A program made the position numbers and the translations under genes. A stretch of 32,000 bases of DNA from Candidatus Saccharimonadota bacterium. Its GTDB lineage: Bacteria > Pseudomonadota > Gammaproteobacteria > Enterobacterales > Enterobacteriaceae. A model generated the notes under the pieces. It ran no database searches. It saw only the letters and a program-made list of their open reading frames with translations, and was not told the DNA's origin. Position 1 is the first letter of the stretch. Every line of letters begins with the position of its first letter. Where the stretch lies: contig NZ_CP135009.1 of NCBI RefSeq assembly GCF_039383305.1, forward strand, positions 120,001 to 152,000, given 5' to 3'. Below, piece after piece: positions 1 through 11,111 of this stretch.

Positions 1-1
1 T

Positions 2-2698
2 CAACAAAATTTATTAGAAGTTTTTTTATCTCTTGGTTTTAATATTCCATATTTTTGTTGGCATCCTTGTTTAGGGAGTATTGGATCTTGCAGGCAATGT
101 GCAATAAAATTATATCGAAATAAGGAAGATAATATTGGAACAGTAGTTATGTCTTGTATGATATCTGTTTATCCTGAAATGAAAGTTTCAATTTTAGATC
201 CTGAAGTTACAAAATTTAGGAAAAGTATAATTGAATTTATGATGTTGAATCATCCTCATGATTGTTTAATATGTTCTGAAGGAGGTAAATGTCATTTGCA
301 AGATATGACAATCTTAAATAAACATTATAAAAGACGTTATCATTTTAAAAAACGTACTTTTTCTAATCAATTTTTAGGTTTTTTTATTAAACAAGAAATG
401 AATCGTTGTATTACATGTTATAGATGTGTGAGATATTATAAAGATTATGCAGGGGGTAAAGATTTTGGAGTATATGGGGTTAGTAATAATATATTTTTTG
501 GACGTTTAGAAGATGGATGTTTAGAAAGTGAATTTTCAGGAAATTTAATTGATATATGCCCTACTGGAGTATTTACAGAAAAAGAAAATAAAAAAAAATA
601 TTCTCGAAAATGGGATATTAAATATACTCCGAGTATTTGTCAACATTGTAGTATTGGATGTAATATTAGTATAGGGATTCAATATAAAAAAATGTGTAGT
701 ATTGAAAATCGTTTTAATTTTGATATTAATCAACATTTTTTATGTGATTTGGGGCGTTTTGGGTATAGTTATTTAAATAATCAAAAATTTTCAAAATTAC
801 CTATATTATTTTCAAATAAGGAAAAAAAAAGAATATTATATGAAGATGCGATAAAATTAATTTTACAATGGAAAAAAAAAAATTTATATAATATTGCCGG
901 GATAGGGTCATCAAGAGCTAGCTTAGAAAGTAATTTTGCTTTATATAATTTAGTAGGAAAAAAAAATTTTTCTTCTGGAATGCCTAAAAAACTACAAAAT
1001 TGTATTTCTTTGATTACAAAAATTTTAAAAAATAGTGATATTACTATTCCTACTATTTCAGAAATTGAAACATATGATGTTATTTTAATTTTAGGAGAAG
1101 ATTTAACACAAACAGCTTCTCGTGCAGCTTTAGCTGTTCGTCAAGCTATAAAAAATGTTTTTTTAAGAAAAAAAAATATTAATAATATTGAATCATGGAA
1201 TTCAGAAGCACTTAAAACTATTTTTCAAAATAAAAAAAATTTTTTATTTATTACAAATACTGATATTACTAAATTAGATGATATTAGTCAATATAGTTAT
1301 TATGCCCCAGTACATGAACAAGTAAAATTTGGTTGTTTAATTTTAGAGTGTTTACAAGAATTATATTTAAAAAAATCTTTAAATATAAAAAAATATCCTT
1401 CAAAAGTAATTGAAATTTCTAAAACTTTAATTCTAGCAAAAAAACCTTTATTAATTTCTGGTTCTAGTAATTTAAATATTTCTTTAATAAAAATCACTTA
1501 TAATATAGCTCTTTTTTTAAAGAAGAAAAAATTTTTAGTGGGTTTAGCTTTATTTGTATCTTCTGTAAATAGTATTGGGGTTTCTATATTTAATGGAATA
1601 CCTTTAGAAAGTATTTTTAAAAGAATATTAAAAAGAAAAATTAATTTTTTGATTATTTTAGAGAATGATCTTTCTAGATTTTTTACATCAAAAAAAATAG
1701 TTAAAATAATGCAGTTTGTTAAAAATATAATTATTTTTGATCATCAGAAAAATAAAATAACTAAAAATTCTAATATTTTTTTTCCTTGTGCAAATTTTTC
1801 TGAAAGTACAGGAACTGTAATAAATTATGAAGCTAGAGCTCAAAGATTTTTTAAAGTTTATAATTATAACATTCATAAGAAAAAAAAAATTCTTTTAGAA
1901 AGTTGGAAGTGGATACAAGCTATTAAGAAAGAAGAAACTCAGATTATTACAATTAAGAATTATAAATTAGATCAATTGTTATCAAAATGTATAAATATTT
2001 TTCCTGAATTATATTTTTTAAAAAAAGCCTCTCCAAGTTCTTCATATCGTATTTTTCATCAAAAAATTTTACGTTCAACAAAACGTGTTAGTGGATTAAC
2101 TTCTTCTTTAAATATAAATTCTTCAAAATATTTAAATTCTCAAGATTTAGATTCTATGTTTACTTTTTCGACCGAAGGATCAAATCAAACTGGAGAAGAT
2201 TTTTCGCATATTCCTTTTTCGTGGGAACCTCGTTGGAATTCTTTACAATCTTTTTATAAATCTAAAGCATATTCTTTAAAAAAAAAACTAAAAAATAAAA
2301 ATGGAAGTTTGTTATTTTCTCATATGAAAAAAGATTTTAATTTTATGTTACCATTTTTTTCAAAAATTTCTTCGTCTTCTCAAATTTCTAAAAAATTTAT
2401 AATAATACCTTATTATAAATTGTTAGGAAGTGAAGAAATAAGTCAAAATTCTTTTGAAATTAAATGTATTAATATGAAGAGTTATATAGTTTTAAATTTT
2501 TTAGACAGTTTATTATTAGAATTAAAAAAAAATGATTGGATAGAATTTACAATCTTATCTAAAAAATTTAAATTTCCTATTTTATTATCAAAAAAAATTA
2601 ATTCTGGGTATATTGGATTTCCTATTGGTATTTTAAATTTACCAATTTCTTTTATTGGACGGAGAATTTCAAATTTTAAAAAGGTGATAAAGAAATGA
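2..2698 (+). CDS. nuoG: NADH-quinone oxidoreductase subunit G (5' end truncated by window edge)
   Basis: The track ORF 149..2698 continues upstream in the same frame to position 2 with no stop. That extension reads [49 protein letters not shown], matching the NuoG N-terminal 2Fe-2S region. Downstream Fe-S motifs are present: [43 protein letters not shown]...[10 protein letters not shown]. The TGA stop overlaps the nuoH ATG (ATGA). Confidence 0.95.
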   Translation, partial: QQNLLEVFLSLGFNIPYFCWHPCLGSIGSCRQCAIKLYRNKEDNIGTVVMSCMISVYPEMKVSILDPEVTKFRKSIIEFMMLNHPHDCLICSEGGKCHLQDMTILNKHYKRRYHFKKRTFSNQFLGFFIKQEMNRCITCYRCVRYYKDYAGGKDFGVYGVSNNIFFGRLEDGCLESEFSGNLIDICPTGVFTEKENKKKYSRKWDIKYTPSICQHCSIGCNISIGIQYKKMCSIENRFNFDINQHFLCDLGRFGYSYLNNQKFSKLPILFSNKEKKRILYEDAIKLILQWKKKNLYNIAGIGSSRASLESNFALYNLVGKKNFSSGMPKKLQNCISLITKILKNSDITIPTISEIETYDVILILGEDLTQTASRAALAVRQAIKNVFLRKKNINNIESWNSEALKTIFQNKKNFLFITNTDITKLDDISQYSYYAPVHEQVKFGCLILECLQELYLKKSLNIKKYPSKVIEISKTLILAKKPLLISGSSNLNISLIKITYNIALFLKKKKFLVGLALFVSSVNSIGVSIFNGIPLESIFKRILKRKINFLIILENDLSRFFTSKKIVKIMQFVKNIIIFDHQKNKITKNSNIFFPCANFSESTGTVINYEARAQRFFKVYNYNIHKKKKILLESWKWIQAIKKEETQIITIKNYKLDQLLSKCINIFPELYFLKKASPSSSYRIFHQKILRSTKRVSGLTSSLNINSSKYLNSQDLDSMFTFSTEGSNQTGEDFSHIPFSWEPRWNSLQSFYKSKAYSLKKKLKNKNGSLLFSHMKKDFNFMLPFFSKISSSSQISKKFIIIPYYKLLGSEEISQNSFEIKCINMKSYIVLNFLDSLLLELKKNDWIEFTILSKKFKFPILLSKKINSGYIGFPIGILNLPISFIGRRISNFKKVIKK

Positions 2699-3669
2699 TT
2701 TTCTTTAGTATATTAACAAATTTTCTGTATAAATTTTTTATAATTTTTATAGTTTTGATATGTATAATTTTTTGTGCTTCGATGTTAAGTATTGTTGAAA
2801 GAAAATTTTTAGCTTATTTTCAAAATCGTATTGGTCCGAATCGAGTTGGATGGAACGGATGGCTTCAATTATTAGCAGATGGTATAAAAATTTTATTTAA
2901 AGAAGATTGGATTCCTCCCTTTAGTGATCAGTATATTTTTTGTATTGCTCCTTTAATTTCTTTTTTGACATTGTTATTTGTATTATTTACTATTCCAATA
3001 AAAAAAAATTTTTTTATTGTAGATTTAAATATTGGTATATTATTTTTTTTTATGATGACTTCAATTTCTGTTTATGGAATTTTATTAGCAGGTTGGTCTA
3101 GTCAAAATAAATATTCTTTATTAGGTGCAATTCGAGCTTCTGCTCAAATGTTAAGTTATGAAATTTTTTTAGGTTTATCTACAATGGGAGTAATTGCTCA
3201 ATCTGGTTCATTTAATTTAATAAAAATTATTAATAGTCAAAAAATAATATGGAATGTTATACCTCAATTTTTTGGCTTTATCACTTTCTTTATTGCAATT
3301 TTAGCAATTTGTCATCGACATCCTTTTGATCAACCAGAATCAGAACAAGAATTGTCTGATGGATATCATATTGAATATTCAGGAATGAAATTTGGAATGT
3401 TTTTTATTGGTGAATATATTTCAATGATTACTGGTGCTTCTATGATTACAATTTTATTTTTTGGCGGTGGAAATGGTCCTATTTTTCCTGAATATGTTTG
3501 GTTTATTTTAAAAACTTTTTTTTGTATATTATTTTTTATTTTATGTCGAGCTTCTTTACCTCGCCCTAAATACATTCATGTTATGAAATTTAGTTGGAGA
3601 ATATGTTTACCATTAACATTATTAAATTTATTTTTTACTGCTTTTTTTATTTTATATTTTAAAAAATAA
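2695..3669 (+). CDS. nuoH: NADH-quinone oxidoreductase subunit H
   Basis: 324 aa, against about 325 aa in E. coli. Strong matches include [65 protein letters not shown] and RASLPRPKY. It has a 4-bp overlap with nuoG. Confidence 0.95.
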   Translation: MIFFSILTNFLYKFFIIFIVLICIIFCASMLSIVERKFLAYFQNRIGPNRVGWNGWLQLLADGIKILFKEDWIPPFSDQYIFCIAPLISFLTLLFVLFTIPIKKNFFIVDLNIGILFFFMMTSISVYGILLAGWSSQNKYSLLGAIRASAQMLSYEIFLGLSTMGVIAQSGSFNLIKIINSQKIIWNVIPQFFGFITFFIAILAICHRHPFDQPESEQELSDGYHIEYSGMKFGMFFIGEYISMITGASMITILFFGGGNGPIFPEYVWFILKTFFCILFFILCRASLPRPKYIHVMKFSWRICLPLTLLNLFFTAFFILYFKK

Positions 3670-3681
3670 TTAAGGAAATTT

Positions 3682-4224
3682 ATGTTTATTAAAATTTTTT
3701 TTTTACAAATATATAGTCAGATTCGTAGTTTATATTTAATATTTTGTAATATTTTTCAAGCTTCTGAAACTCGATTATATCCAGAAGAATCTTTAAAATT
3801 ATCTTCAAGATATAGAGGTAGAATTGTATTAACTCGAACTAAAACTGGAGAAGAACGTTGTGTAGCATGTGGTTTATGTGCCGCTGTATGTCCTGTTTCT
3901 TGTATTTCATTACAGAAAACTGAAGATAAGACTGGTCGCTGGCGTTCTGAATTTTTTCGTATTAATTTTTCTAGATGTATTTTCTGTGGTTTATGTGAGG
4001 AAGCTTGTCCTACTTTAGCAATTCAATTAATTCCAGATGTAGAATTAGGTGATTATGAATATAAAAATTTAATATATGAAAAAAAAGATCTTTTAATTTC
4101 TGGAACTGGAAAATATGACGATTATGATTATTATAGCTTTTCAGGAGTTACTTTAAAAAAAACAAAAATTAAAAAATTTTTTCATAAAAAAAAAAATGTA
4201 GATATAAAATCTTTATTACCATAA
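3682..4224 (+). CDS. nuoI: NADH-quinone oxidoreductase subunit I (2x 4Fe-4S ferredoxin)
   Basis: 180 aa, with two CxxCxxCxxxCP motifs ([24 protein letters not shown]). [10 protein letters not shown] and a C-terminal DIKSLLP match E. coli NuoI. AAGGA lies 6 nt upstream of the ATG. Confidence 0.95.
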   Translation: MFIKIFFLQIYSQIRSLYLIFCNIFQASETRLYPEESLKLSSRYRGRIVLTRTKTGEERCVACGLCAAVCPVSCISLQKTEDKTGRWRSEFFRINFSRCIFCGLCEEACPTLAIQLIPDVELGDYEYKNLIYEKKDLLISGTGKYDDYDYYSFSGVTLKKTKIKKFFHKKKNVDIKSLLP

Positions 4225-4244
4225 TTAAATATGAGGATTTTTTT

Positions 4245-4766
4245 ATGAATTTTTTATTTTATTTTTTAACTTTTTTTTCTATTTTTTTTACAGTATTAGT
4301 ATTATACGTTCGTCATCCAATGTATATGTTATTATTTTTTATTTTATCTTTATTTTCTATTTCTGGAATATTTTTTTTAATTGGGGATTTTTTTGTTGGA
4401 GCAATAGAAATTATTATTTATGCTGGAGCTATTATGGTTCTTTTTTTATTTATTTTAATGTTAATTAATATAAAAAAAGAAAGTAAAAAAAAAATTTTCA
4501 AAAGAAAAAAAATTTTATATTATATAATTTTAATTATTTTTTTAGTGTGTTTTTTTTGTTATAACATATTTTTTTTATTAAATTATTGGAATATAAAATT
4601 TTTTTATAAAACTTTTTCTTTAAAAAGTATTGGTATTTATTTATTTCGTAAACATCTTTATATAGTAGAATTATCTTCGTTAATTCTTTTTACAGCAACA
4701 ATTTTAGTATGTTTTTTTATCACAATATATAAAAAAAATTTATTAATTTCTAAACAGGATAAATAA
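4245..4766 (+). CDS. nuoJ: NADH-quinone oxidoreductase subunit J
   Basis: 173 aa membrane protein. The conserved core GAIEIIIYAGAIMVLFLFILML matches NuoJ. A GAGGA Shine-Dalgarno lies upstream, and the gene sits in the expected operon position. Confidence 0.9.
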   Translation: MNFLFYFLTFFSIFFTVLVLYVRHPMYMLLFFILSLFSISGIFFLIGDFFVGAIEIIIYAGAIMVLFLFILMLINIKKESKKKIFKRKKILYYIILIIFLVCFFCYNIFFLLNYWNIKFFYKTFSLKSIGIYLFRKHLYIVELSSLILFTATILVCFFITIYKKNLLISKQDK

Positions 4767-4771
4767 AACAA

Positions 4772-5074
4772 ATGATTTCATTATATAATAGTATTTTTTT
4801 TTCCTTAATATTATTTTTCTTAGGATTTATCTCTTTAATTATACGAAGAAATTTTTTTTTTATGTTAATTAGTTTAGAGATTATGACTAATTCTATTGCA
4901 TTTTTATGGGTGATAGTAGGAAAATATTGGGGAAATATTGAAGGTCAAATTATGTATATAGTAATTGTTACTATAGCAGCTTCTGAAGCTAGTGTAGCTT
5001 TAATGATAATGTTGAATATTTATCAAAAATATAAAACATTGAATATTAATAAATTAAGTGAGAATAATAAATGA
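4772..5074 (+). CDS. nuoK: NADH-quinone oxidoreductase subunit K
   Basis: 100 aa, collinear with E. coli NuoK. Both membrane glutamates are retained (LEIM and AASEAS). The TGA stop overlaps the nuoL ATG. Confidence 0.95.
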   Translation: MISLYNSIFFSLILFFLGFISLIIRRNFFFMLISLEIMTNSIAFLWVIVGKYWGNIEGQIMYIVIVTIAASEASVALMIMLNIYQKYKTLNINKLSENNK

Positions 5075-6936
5075 TATTTGTGCCTTTAGCTGTTTTGTTT
5101 CCTTTTATAAGTTTTTTATGTTTAATTTTTAATCAAAATTTTTATTCAAAAAAAAATGTTTGTATAATTGGAGTATTTTTTGTTTTTTTGTCATTTTTAT
5201 GTTCCTTAAAAATTATTTTTTTTTTATATTTTAATCCTCATATAATAAAAATTCCATTATGGACGTGGTTAAAATATAAGCAATTTAGTATCAATTTTAA
5301 TTTTGTTTTAGATCGGAAAGTTTCATTATTAATTAGCATGGTGACATTAGTTGGATTTTTAGTAAATATTTTTTCGATTTGGTATATTCGTAAAAAAGAT
5401 AATATTTCGAAATATTTTGCATATACAAATTTGTTTATTACTTGTATTGAAATTTTAATTTTATCTGATAATTTATTATTAATGTATTTTAGTTGGGAAG
5501 CTGCTGGATTTTGTTCATATTGTTTAATAGGATTTTATTCTGATAATATTAAAAATGGATATTCTGCATTAAAAGCTTATTTATTAACACGTTTTTCCGA
5601 TTTTTTTTTATTGATAGCTATATTTTTAATTTTTTATAAATTTCATAATTTAAATTTTTTAGTATTAAAAAATATTTTTTTGAAAAATAATTTTATTTTT
5701 AAAAATTCTTTTTACAATAATAGTATTGCTTTATTTTTATTATTAGGAGCAATTGGTAAATCAGCTCAAATTCCATTCCATGTTTGGTTATTAGATGCAA
5801 TGGTTGGTCCTACACCAGTATCTGCTTTGATACATGCAGCTACTATGGTGACAGTAGGAATTTATTTAATTATGAAAACTTTTTATTTTTTCATAATTTC
5901 TCCTTATATTTTAAATTTTATGACTTGTATTGGTATTATTACTTTATTATTTTCTAGTTTTACTGCAATTTTCCAAAACAGTTTAAAAAAAATTTTAGCA
6001 TATTCTACTATTAGTCAATTAGGTTATATTTTTGTAGCATTAGGTCTTAAAAATATTCAAGTTGCTTTTTTACATTTATTTTTTCATTCTTTTTTTAAAT
6101 CTTTATTATTTCTTTCTGCTGGTTCTATAATAAAATTAATGAATTATGAACAAAATATTTTTAAAATGAGAATTTCATATAAAAAAATTAAAATTATTTA
6201 TTTTAGTTTTTTAATTGGTTGTTTGTCATTGTGTTCTTTTCCTTTTTTAACTTCTAGTTTTTATAGTAAGGAAAAAATTTTATATTTAGCTTGGAATTCT
6301 AAAAATTTTTGTTTGTTTTTTTTATTATTATTAGGTATTTTTTTTACGAGTGTATATACATTTCGTATGTTTTTAAATGTTTTTCATATGAATATTTCAA
6401 AAAAATTTTTATTTAAAAAAAATAGTGTTTTTCAAAATATTCCATTAATTATATTAAATATTTTGTGTTTTTCAGAAATATATTTTATAGTTCAAAAATT
6501 TTTATATCCAAAAATGTTTTTTTCAGAATTTTGTTTTTTTTCATTCTATATTATGTTTTTTTCATTTTTTGTTTCTTTTTTAGGATTTTTTTTAGTATAT
6601 TTTTTTTATATAAATCCTAAAAATTCATTTTTTATTTTTTTACAAATTTTTTATCAAAAAACAATACAAAAAATTGTTTTAAAAGATTGGTATTTACAAT
6701 TTTTTTATGAAAAAATTTTTTTTTATATTTATGAAAGTTGTTTTATTAAAATTAAAAAAAAAAAATTAGAAAAATTTTTTAATATTTTTTCTTATATTAT
6801 TTTTTTTTTAAATAAAAAATTTTTGAAAATAGAACAAAAAAATATGTTTGGGTATTTTGGAGTATTAATAACTTTTTTATTCATAATTTTTTTTATATGT
6901 TTTATTAATAGTTTTTATTTATTTAATAGATTTTAA
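5071..6936 (+). CDS. nuoL: NADH-quinone oxidoreductase subunit L
   Basis: 621 aa. The antiporter-like core GKSAQIPFHVWLLDAMVGPTPVSALIHAATMVTVGIYL is nearly identical to E. coli NuoL. The long C-terminal extension is present. Confidence 0.95.
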   Translation: MIFVPLAVLFPFISFLCLIFNQNFYSKKNVCIIGVFFVFLSFLCSLKIIFFLYFNPHIIKIPLWTWLKYKQFSINFNFVLDRKVSLLISMVTLVGFLVNIFSIWYIRKKDNISKYFAYTNLFITCIEILILSDNLLLMYFSWEAAGFCSYCLIGFYSDNIKNGYSALKAYLLTRFSDFFLLIAIFLIFYKFHNLNFLVLKNIFLKNNFIFKNSFYNNSIALFLLLGAIGKSAQIPFHVWLLDAMVGPTPVSALIHAATMVTVGIYLIMKTFYFFIISPYILNFMTCIGIITLLFSSFTAIFQNSLKKILAYSTISQLGYIFVALGLKNIQVAFLHLFFHSFFKSLLFLSAGSIIKLMNYEQNIFKMRISYKKIKIIYFSFLIGCLSLCSFPFLTSSFYSKEKILYLAWNSKNFCLFFLLLLGIFFTSVYTFRMFLNVFHMNISKKFLFKKNSVFQNIPLIILNILCFSEIYFIVQKFLYPKMFFSEFCFFSFYIMFFSFFVSFLGFFLVYFFYINPKNSFFIFLQIFYQKTIQKIVLKDWYLQFFYEKIFFYIYESCFIKIKKKKLEKFFNIFSYIIFFLNKKFLKIEQKNMFGYFGVLITFLFIIFFICFINSFYLFNRF

Positions 6937-7030
6937 AATAATATATAAGAATTTTTTCTTTTTTAATTAAAAAATTTTAATAATTATTATATTTTTTATA
7001 AGTTTTAAATAAGATTAGGAGTTTTTTAAA

Positions 7031-8542
7031 ATGTTGTTACTTTTTTTTATTTTTGTACCTTTCTTTGGTGCAATTTTTTGTTTATTCTTTTTAAGAATAT
7101 CTAGTAGATTTCCTATAATTTTAACATTTTTTATTTCTTGTAGTTGTTTGTTATTATCTTGTTTAATATATTATAAAAAATTTTTTGTATTAACTGTTGG
7201 AGAAAGAAAAAATTTATATTTATTAGAATATTGTCATAAATGGATTCCAGAATTTGGTATTACGTTTCATTTTAGATTAGATGGTTTGTCATTATTAATG
7301 ATTATTATGACTTCTTTTTTAAGTTGTATTGCTGTTTTGTGTGATTGGCGTAAAAAATATAAAAATTCTGGATTATTTTATTTTTTATTCTTATTAATAT
7401 TATGTAGTTTATTAGGATGTTTTATATCTGAAGATTTATTTTTATTTTTCTTTTTTTGGGAATTGTCAATTTTTCCTGTATATTTTTTAATTTTATTATG
7501 GGGCGATAAAAATCTTGACATTAAATTTTTACATTATACTTTAAAAAAGTTTCTTATTTATGCTCATATATCTAGTGTACTGTTATTAATATCTATCTTA
7601 TATTTAGTACAAATATATTATGAACAAACTGGATTATTAACTTTTGATTATTTGATTTTGAATAAAGTAATTTTATCTCAAAAAATAGAATTTTTATTAA
7701 TGTTAAGTTTTTTTTTATCTTTTATTATTAAAACTCCTCTTTTTCCTTTTTTAGATTGGTATTCTGAAATTCAGATATGCGCTCCAACCAGTGGTTCAAT
7801 AAATATTTTATATTTTTTATTAAAAGTTTCTCTTTATGGGTTTTTACGTTTTAATTTATATATGTTGTCACAACATAGAGTTTTGTTTTCTAAAATTGGG
7901 ATTTTTTTAAGTATAATAACAATTTTATATAGTATTAATAAAATTTTTACGTTAAAAAATATAAAAACAATTATTATATATTTATCTGTTATACATATTG
8001 CTATTATTTTTTATTCTTTAAATTATTTAAATAATTTTTCTTTACAAGGATCTGTTTTGTCTCTTTGTTCTTATTCTTTAACTACTGCTGCTTTATTTAT
8101 GTTATTAGGATTTTTAAAAGAATATTATCAGACAAATAATTTTTTAGTATTTAAAAATATTTCTAAAGTTCTATCTAAATTTTCGTCTTTTTTCTTTTTT
8201 TTTATTTTTTCAAATATAGGTCTTCCCGGAACAGGTAATTTTAGTGGAGAAATTTTAATGTTTTTAGGATCATTTTTTTTTTCTCCTATCTTAACTACAT
8301 TTATAATTTTTAGTTTATTATTTTTATCAGGTTTTTTACTATATATTATAGTACAAACATATTATGGATCTTACAAAATTATAAAAATTTTTAAACAATT
8401 TACTTTTCTTACATACTTAATATTATTTTTCATAATTTTTTTGATTTTTTTTATTGGTTTATTTCCTTGTATAATTTTAGATCTTTCAGAATATTGGATA
8501 GATTGTATATATAAAAAAAATTTATTTTTTATTAAGAAATAA
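7031..8542 (+). CDS. nuoM: NADH-quinone oxidoreductase subunit M
   Basis: 503 aa. Matches include FFFWELSIFPVYFLILLWG, IIKTP...APTSGS...LLKVSLYGFLRF and GLPGTGNFSGE. An AGGAG Shine-Dalgarno lies upstream. Some normally conserved residues are changed (see findings). Confidence 0.9.
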   Translation: MLLLFFIFVPFFGAIFCLFFLRISSRFPIILTFFISCSCLLLSCLIYYKKFFVLTVGERKNLYLLEYCHKWIPEFGITFHFRLDGLSLLMIIMTSFLSCIAVLCDWRKKYKNSGLFYFLFLLILCSLLGCFISEDLFLFFFFWELSIFPVYFLILLWGDKNLDIKFLHYTLKKFLIYAHISSVLLLISILYLVQIYYEQTGLLTFDYLILNKVILSQKIEFLLMLSFFLSFIIKTPLFPFLDWYSEIQICAPTSGSINILYFLLKVSLYGFLRFNLYMLSQHRVLFSKIGIFLSIITILYSINKIFTLKNIKTIIIYLSVIHIAIIFYSLNYLNNFSLQGSVLSLCSYSLTTAALFMLLGFLKEYYQTNNFLVFKNISKVLSKFSSFFFFFIFSNIGLPGTGNFSGEILMFLGSFFFSPILTTFIIFSLLFLSGFLLYIIVQTYYGSYKIIKIFKQFTFLTYLILFFIIFLIFFIGLFPCIILDLSEYWIDCIYKKNLFFIKK

Positions 8543-8552
8543 GGTTAAAGAA

Positions 8553-10022
8553 ATGATATTAGATAGTTTAAAAAATTTTATACCAATTTTTTCTATTTTT
8601 GTTTTGATGTTTTCAATTATAATAATTTTGTTAAATAAATCATTTTATAAAAATTTTTTAATAAATTATTATATTGTTTTAATAAGTTTAGTTTTTTGTT
8701 TTAGTTTTTTATTTTTTTCAGATTATAAAATTTTTTTATGTTTGTCTAAATTTATTATTTATGATGATTATTCGAGAATTTTTTTTGGTTTATTATATAT
8801 TTCGGGTTTTTTTTCTTATTTTTTTTTATATCATTTTTCTATTTTATCTAATGAAGAAAAAGATGAATGTTGTTTATTGCTTTTAATTTCTATTTTAGGC
8901 GGAATTCTTGTAGGATTATCAACTAATATTATATTATTTATTATGGGATTAGAACTATTATTTTTACCTTTGATTGGATTAATAAATTTTTCTAATACAT
9001 CTTATAGTTTAATTGTATCTTTAAAATATTTTTTTATTTCTATATTAATGACTTTGTTATTATTATTGGGATTTTCTTTATTATATTTAATTTTTGGTAA
9101 TTTAAAAATTTTTTCAATTTTTTTATATTTTTTTTCGGGTTTAAATTTTTTTACATATTTCTTAATGATAATGAGTATATTATTAATAATTTTTTCTTTA
9201 TTTTTTAAATTATCTTTATTTCCTTTTCATTTTTTTATTTTAGATATATATAAGTATGTTTTTTCTCCTATTTTAATATATTATTCGGTAGCTTCTAAAA
9301 TTTCTATAGTATTATTTTTAGTTCGTTTTTTTTCTAAAATTTATTATTTAAGAAATGTTTCTATTTTGTATCAAATATTATTTTTTGTTTTAATGATTTC
9401 TATTTTTTATGGAAATTTTATGGCGTATTTTCAGAAAAATATTAAAATTGTATTAAGTTATACTTCAATTTCTCAAATAGGAATTATTTTAATGATATTG
9501 TTAAATAATCCTTTTTTAAGTCAAATTTTTCCAGAATTTTTAATAGGTGTTATGAGTTATATTTTAGGTATTATATGTTTTTTTAGTATTTTAAGTATTA
9601 TTGAGTATTTTCAAATTACACAAAAAAAATTATTAATAGATAGTAATTCTTTAATTGGATTATTTTGGTATTCTCCTTTTTTAGGTAGTGCTTTAGTTGT
9701 TTTATTTTTTTTATTTTCTGGTTTTCCTTTAACTTTAGGATTTTGGAGTAAATTATATTTATTGCGATTTTCTATACATGAGAATTTATGGTATTTATTA
9801 GGATTTTTAGGAATAAGTAGTTTTTTTAGTATTTTTTGTTATTTACCTTTTTTAAAAAATATTTTTATTTATCCTATTAATTTAAATGAATTTTATATTA
9901 AAAAAAAATTTAAAATTTCATTTATTTTTTTAATAATAATTTTCTTTTTAATATTTTTTTTAATTTTTTTAGGGTTTTTTCCATTTTCTTTTATATATAT
10001 ATTTTTTTTAAAAAAAATATAA
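8553..10022 (+). CDS. nuoN: NADH-quinone oxidoreductase subunit N
   Basis: 489 aa polytopic membrane protein and the last gene of the nuo cluster. Recognisable NuoN blocks include LLLLISILGGILVG, GLELLFLPLIGL, FKLSLFPFH, SVASKIS and NIKIVLSYTSISQIG. It is highly diverged. Confidence 0.85.
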   Translation: MILDSLKNFIPIFSIFVLMFSIIIILLNKSFYKNFLINYYIVLISLVFCFSFLFFSDYKIFLCLSKFIIYDDYSRIFFGLLYISGFFSYFFLYHFSILSNEEKDECCLLLLISILGGILVGLSTNIILFIMGLELLFLPLIGLINFSNTSYSLIVSLKYFFISILMTLLLLLGFSLLYLIFGNLKIFSIFLYFFSGLNFFTYFLMIMSILLIIFSLFFKLSLFPFHFFILDIYKYVFSPILIYYSVASKISIVLFLVRFFSKIYYLRNVSILYQILFFVLMISIFYGNFMAYFQKNIKIVLSYTSISQIGIILMILLNNPFLSQIFPEFLIGVMSYILGIICFFSILSIIEYFQITQKKLLIDSNSLIGLFWYSPFLGSALVVLFFLFSGFPLTLGFWSKLYLLRFSIHENLWYLLGFLGISSFFSIFCYLPFLKNIFIYPINLNEFYIKKKFKISFIFLIIIFFLIFFLIFLGFFPFSFIYIFFLKKI

Positions 10023-10076
10023 TATTTTTTTATTATATTTTTTTAGTATAAATTTTTTATTATATAAAATATTTTT

Positions 10077-10108
10077 ATCTCTCAAATATTTTTTTGAGAG
10101 ATTTTATT
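10077..10108 (+). terminator. Putative intrinsic terminator after nuoN
   Basis: Perfect 10-bp stem: ATCTCTCAAA (10077-10086) pairs with TTTGAGAGAT (10093-10102). The 6-nt loop is followed by TTTATT. It lies in the 135-bp spacer between convergent nuoN and prs, and its G/C content stands out from the surrounding sequence. Confidence 0.5.
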
Positions 10109-10157
10109 GCTCAAATTATTTTAATATTAAAAATTTTTTATGTAATGTATTTAAATT

Positions 10158-11111
10158 TTATAAAGATTTTTCAAACATTTCGGAGATAGATTTTTCTTGA
10201 TGTATTCTTCTGATAGCTTCCGCTAATAAAGGAGCTACAGTTAAGGTACGTATATTTTTTAATTTTTTTATTTTTGAAGATAATGGAATAGTATTGCATA
10301 CTATTATTTGGTCAATTTTAGATTTTTTTAAATTTTCTATTGCGTTTCCTGAAAATACAGGATGTGTAGCATAAGCAAAAATTTTTTTTGCTCCTTTTTT
10401 TTTTAATTCTTCTGAAGCTTGATATAATGTAGAACTAGTATCAATCATATCATCTATTAAAATACAGTTACGATTTTTTACATTTCCAATAATGTTCATT
10501 ACTTGAGCAACATTAGTTGCAGGTCTTCTTTTGTCAATAATAGCAATATCAGAATTTTTTAACAATTTTGAAATTTCTCTAGCACGTATAATTCCTCCAA
10601 TATCAGGTGATATAATAATTGGTTTAGATAAACCAATTTTTAAAATATCTTTTAATAATATAGAACTACCAAACATATTATCTATTGGTATATCAAAGAA
10701 ACCTTGTATATGTTCGGCATGTAAATCTATTGTTAAAATATGATTGATACCTACATTAGATAATAAATTTGCTATTACTTTTGCTGTAATTGGTACTCTA
10801 GAAGAATGTATTCTACGATCTTGTCTTGCGTATCCAAAATATGGAATCACAGCTGTAATTTTACGAGCTGATGCTCTTTTTAAAGCATCCGCTATAATAA
10901 TTAATTCCATTAAATTATCATTTGTAGGAGCACATGTAGATTGAATTAAAAAGATATCATTTCCTCGAATATTTTCGTTAATTTGAACACTAATTTCTCC
11001 ATCACTAAATTTACTAACTTTTGATTTTCCTAAATGTATGTTTAAACATTTAGAAATATTTTTTGCTAATTCAGGAATTGAATTACCAGTAAACAATTTT
11101 ATTTCTGACAT
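10158..11111 (-). CDS. prs: Ribose-phosphate pyrophosphokinase (PRPP synthetase)
   Basis: 317 aa, collinear with E. coli Prs. Matches include [55 protein letters not shown] and DDMIDT. Confidence 0.95.
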   Translation of the reverse strand: MSEIKLFTGNSIPELAKNISKCLNIHLGKSKVSKFSDGEISVQINENIRGNDIFLIQSTCAPTNDNLMELIIIADALKRASARKITAVIPYFGYARQDRRIHSSRVPITAKVIANLLSNVGINHILTIDLHAEHIQGFFDIPIDNMFGSSILLKDILKIGLSKPIIISPDIGGIIRAREISKLLKNSDIAIIDKRRPATNVAQVMNIIGNVKNRNCILIDDMIDTSSTLYQASEELKKKGAKKIFAYATHPVFSGNAIENLKKSKIDQIIVCNTIPLSSKIKKLKNIRTLTVAPLLAEAIRRIHQEKSISEMFEKSL

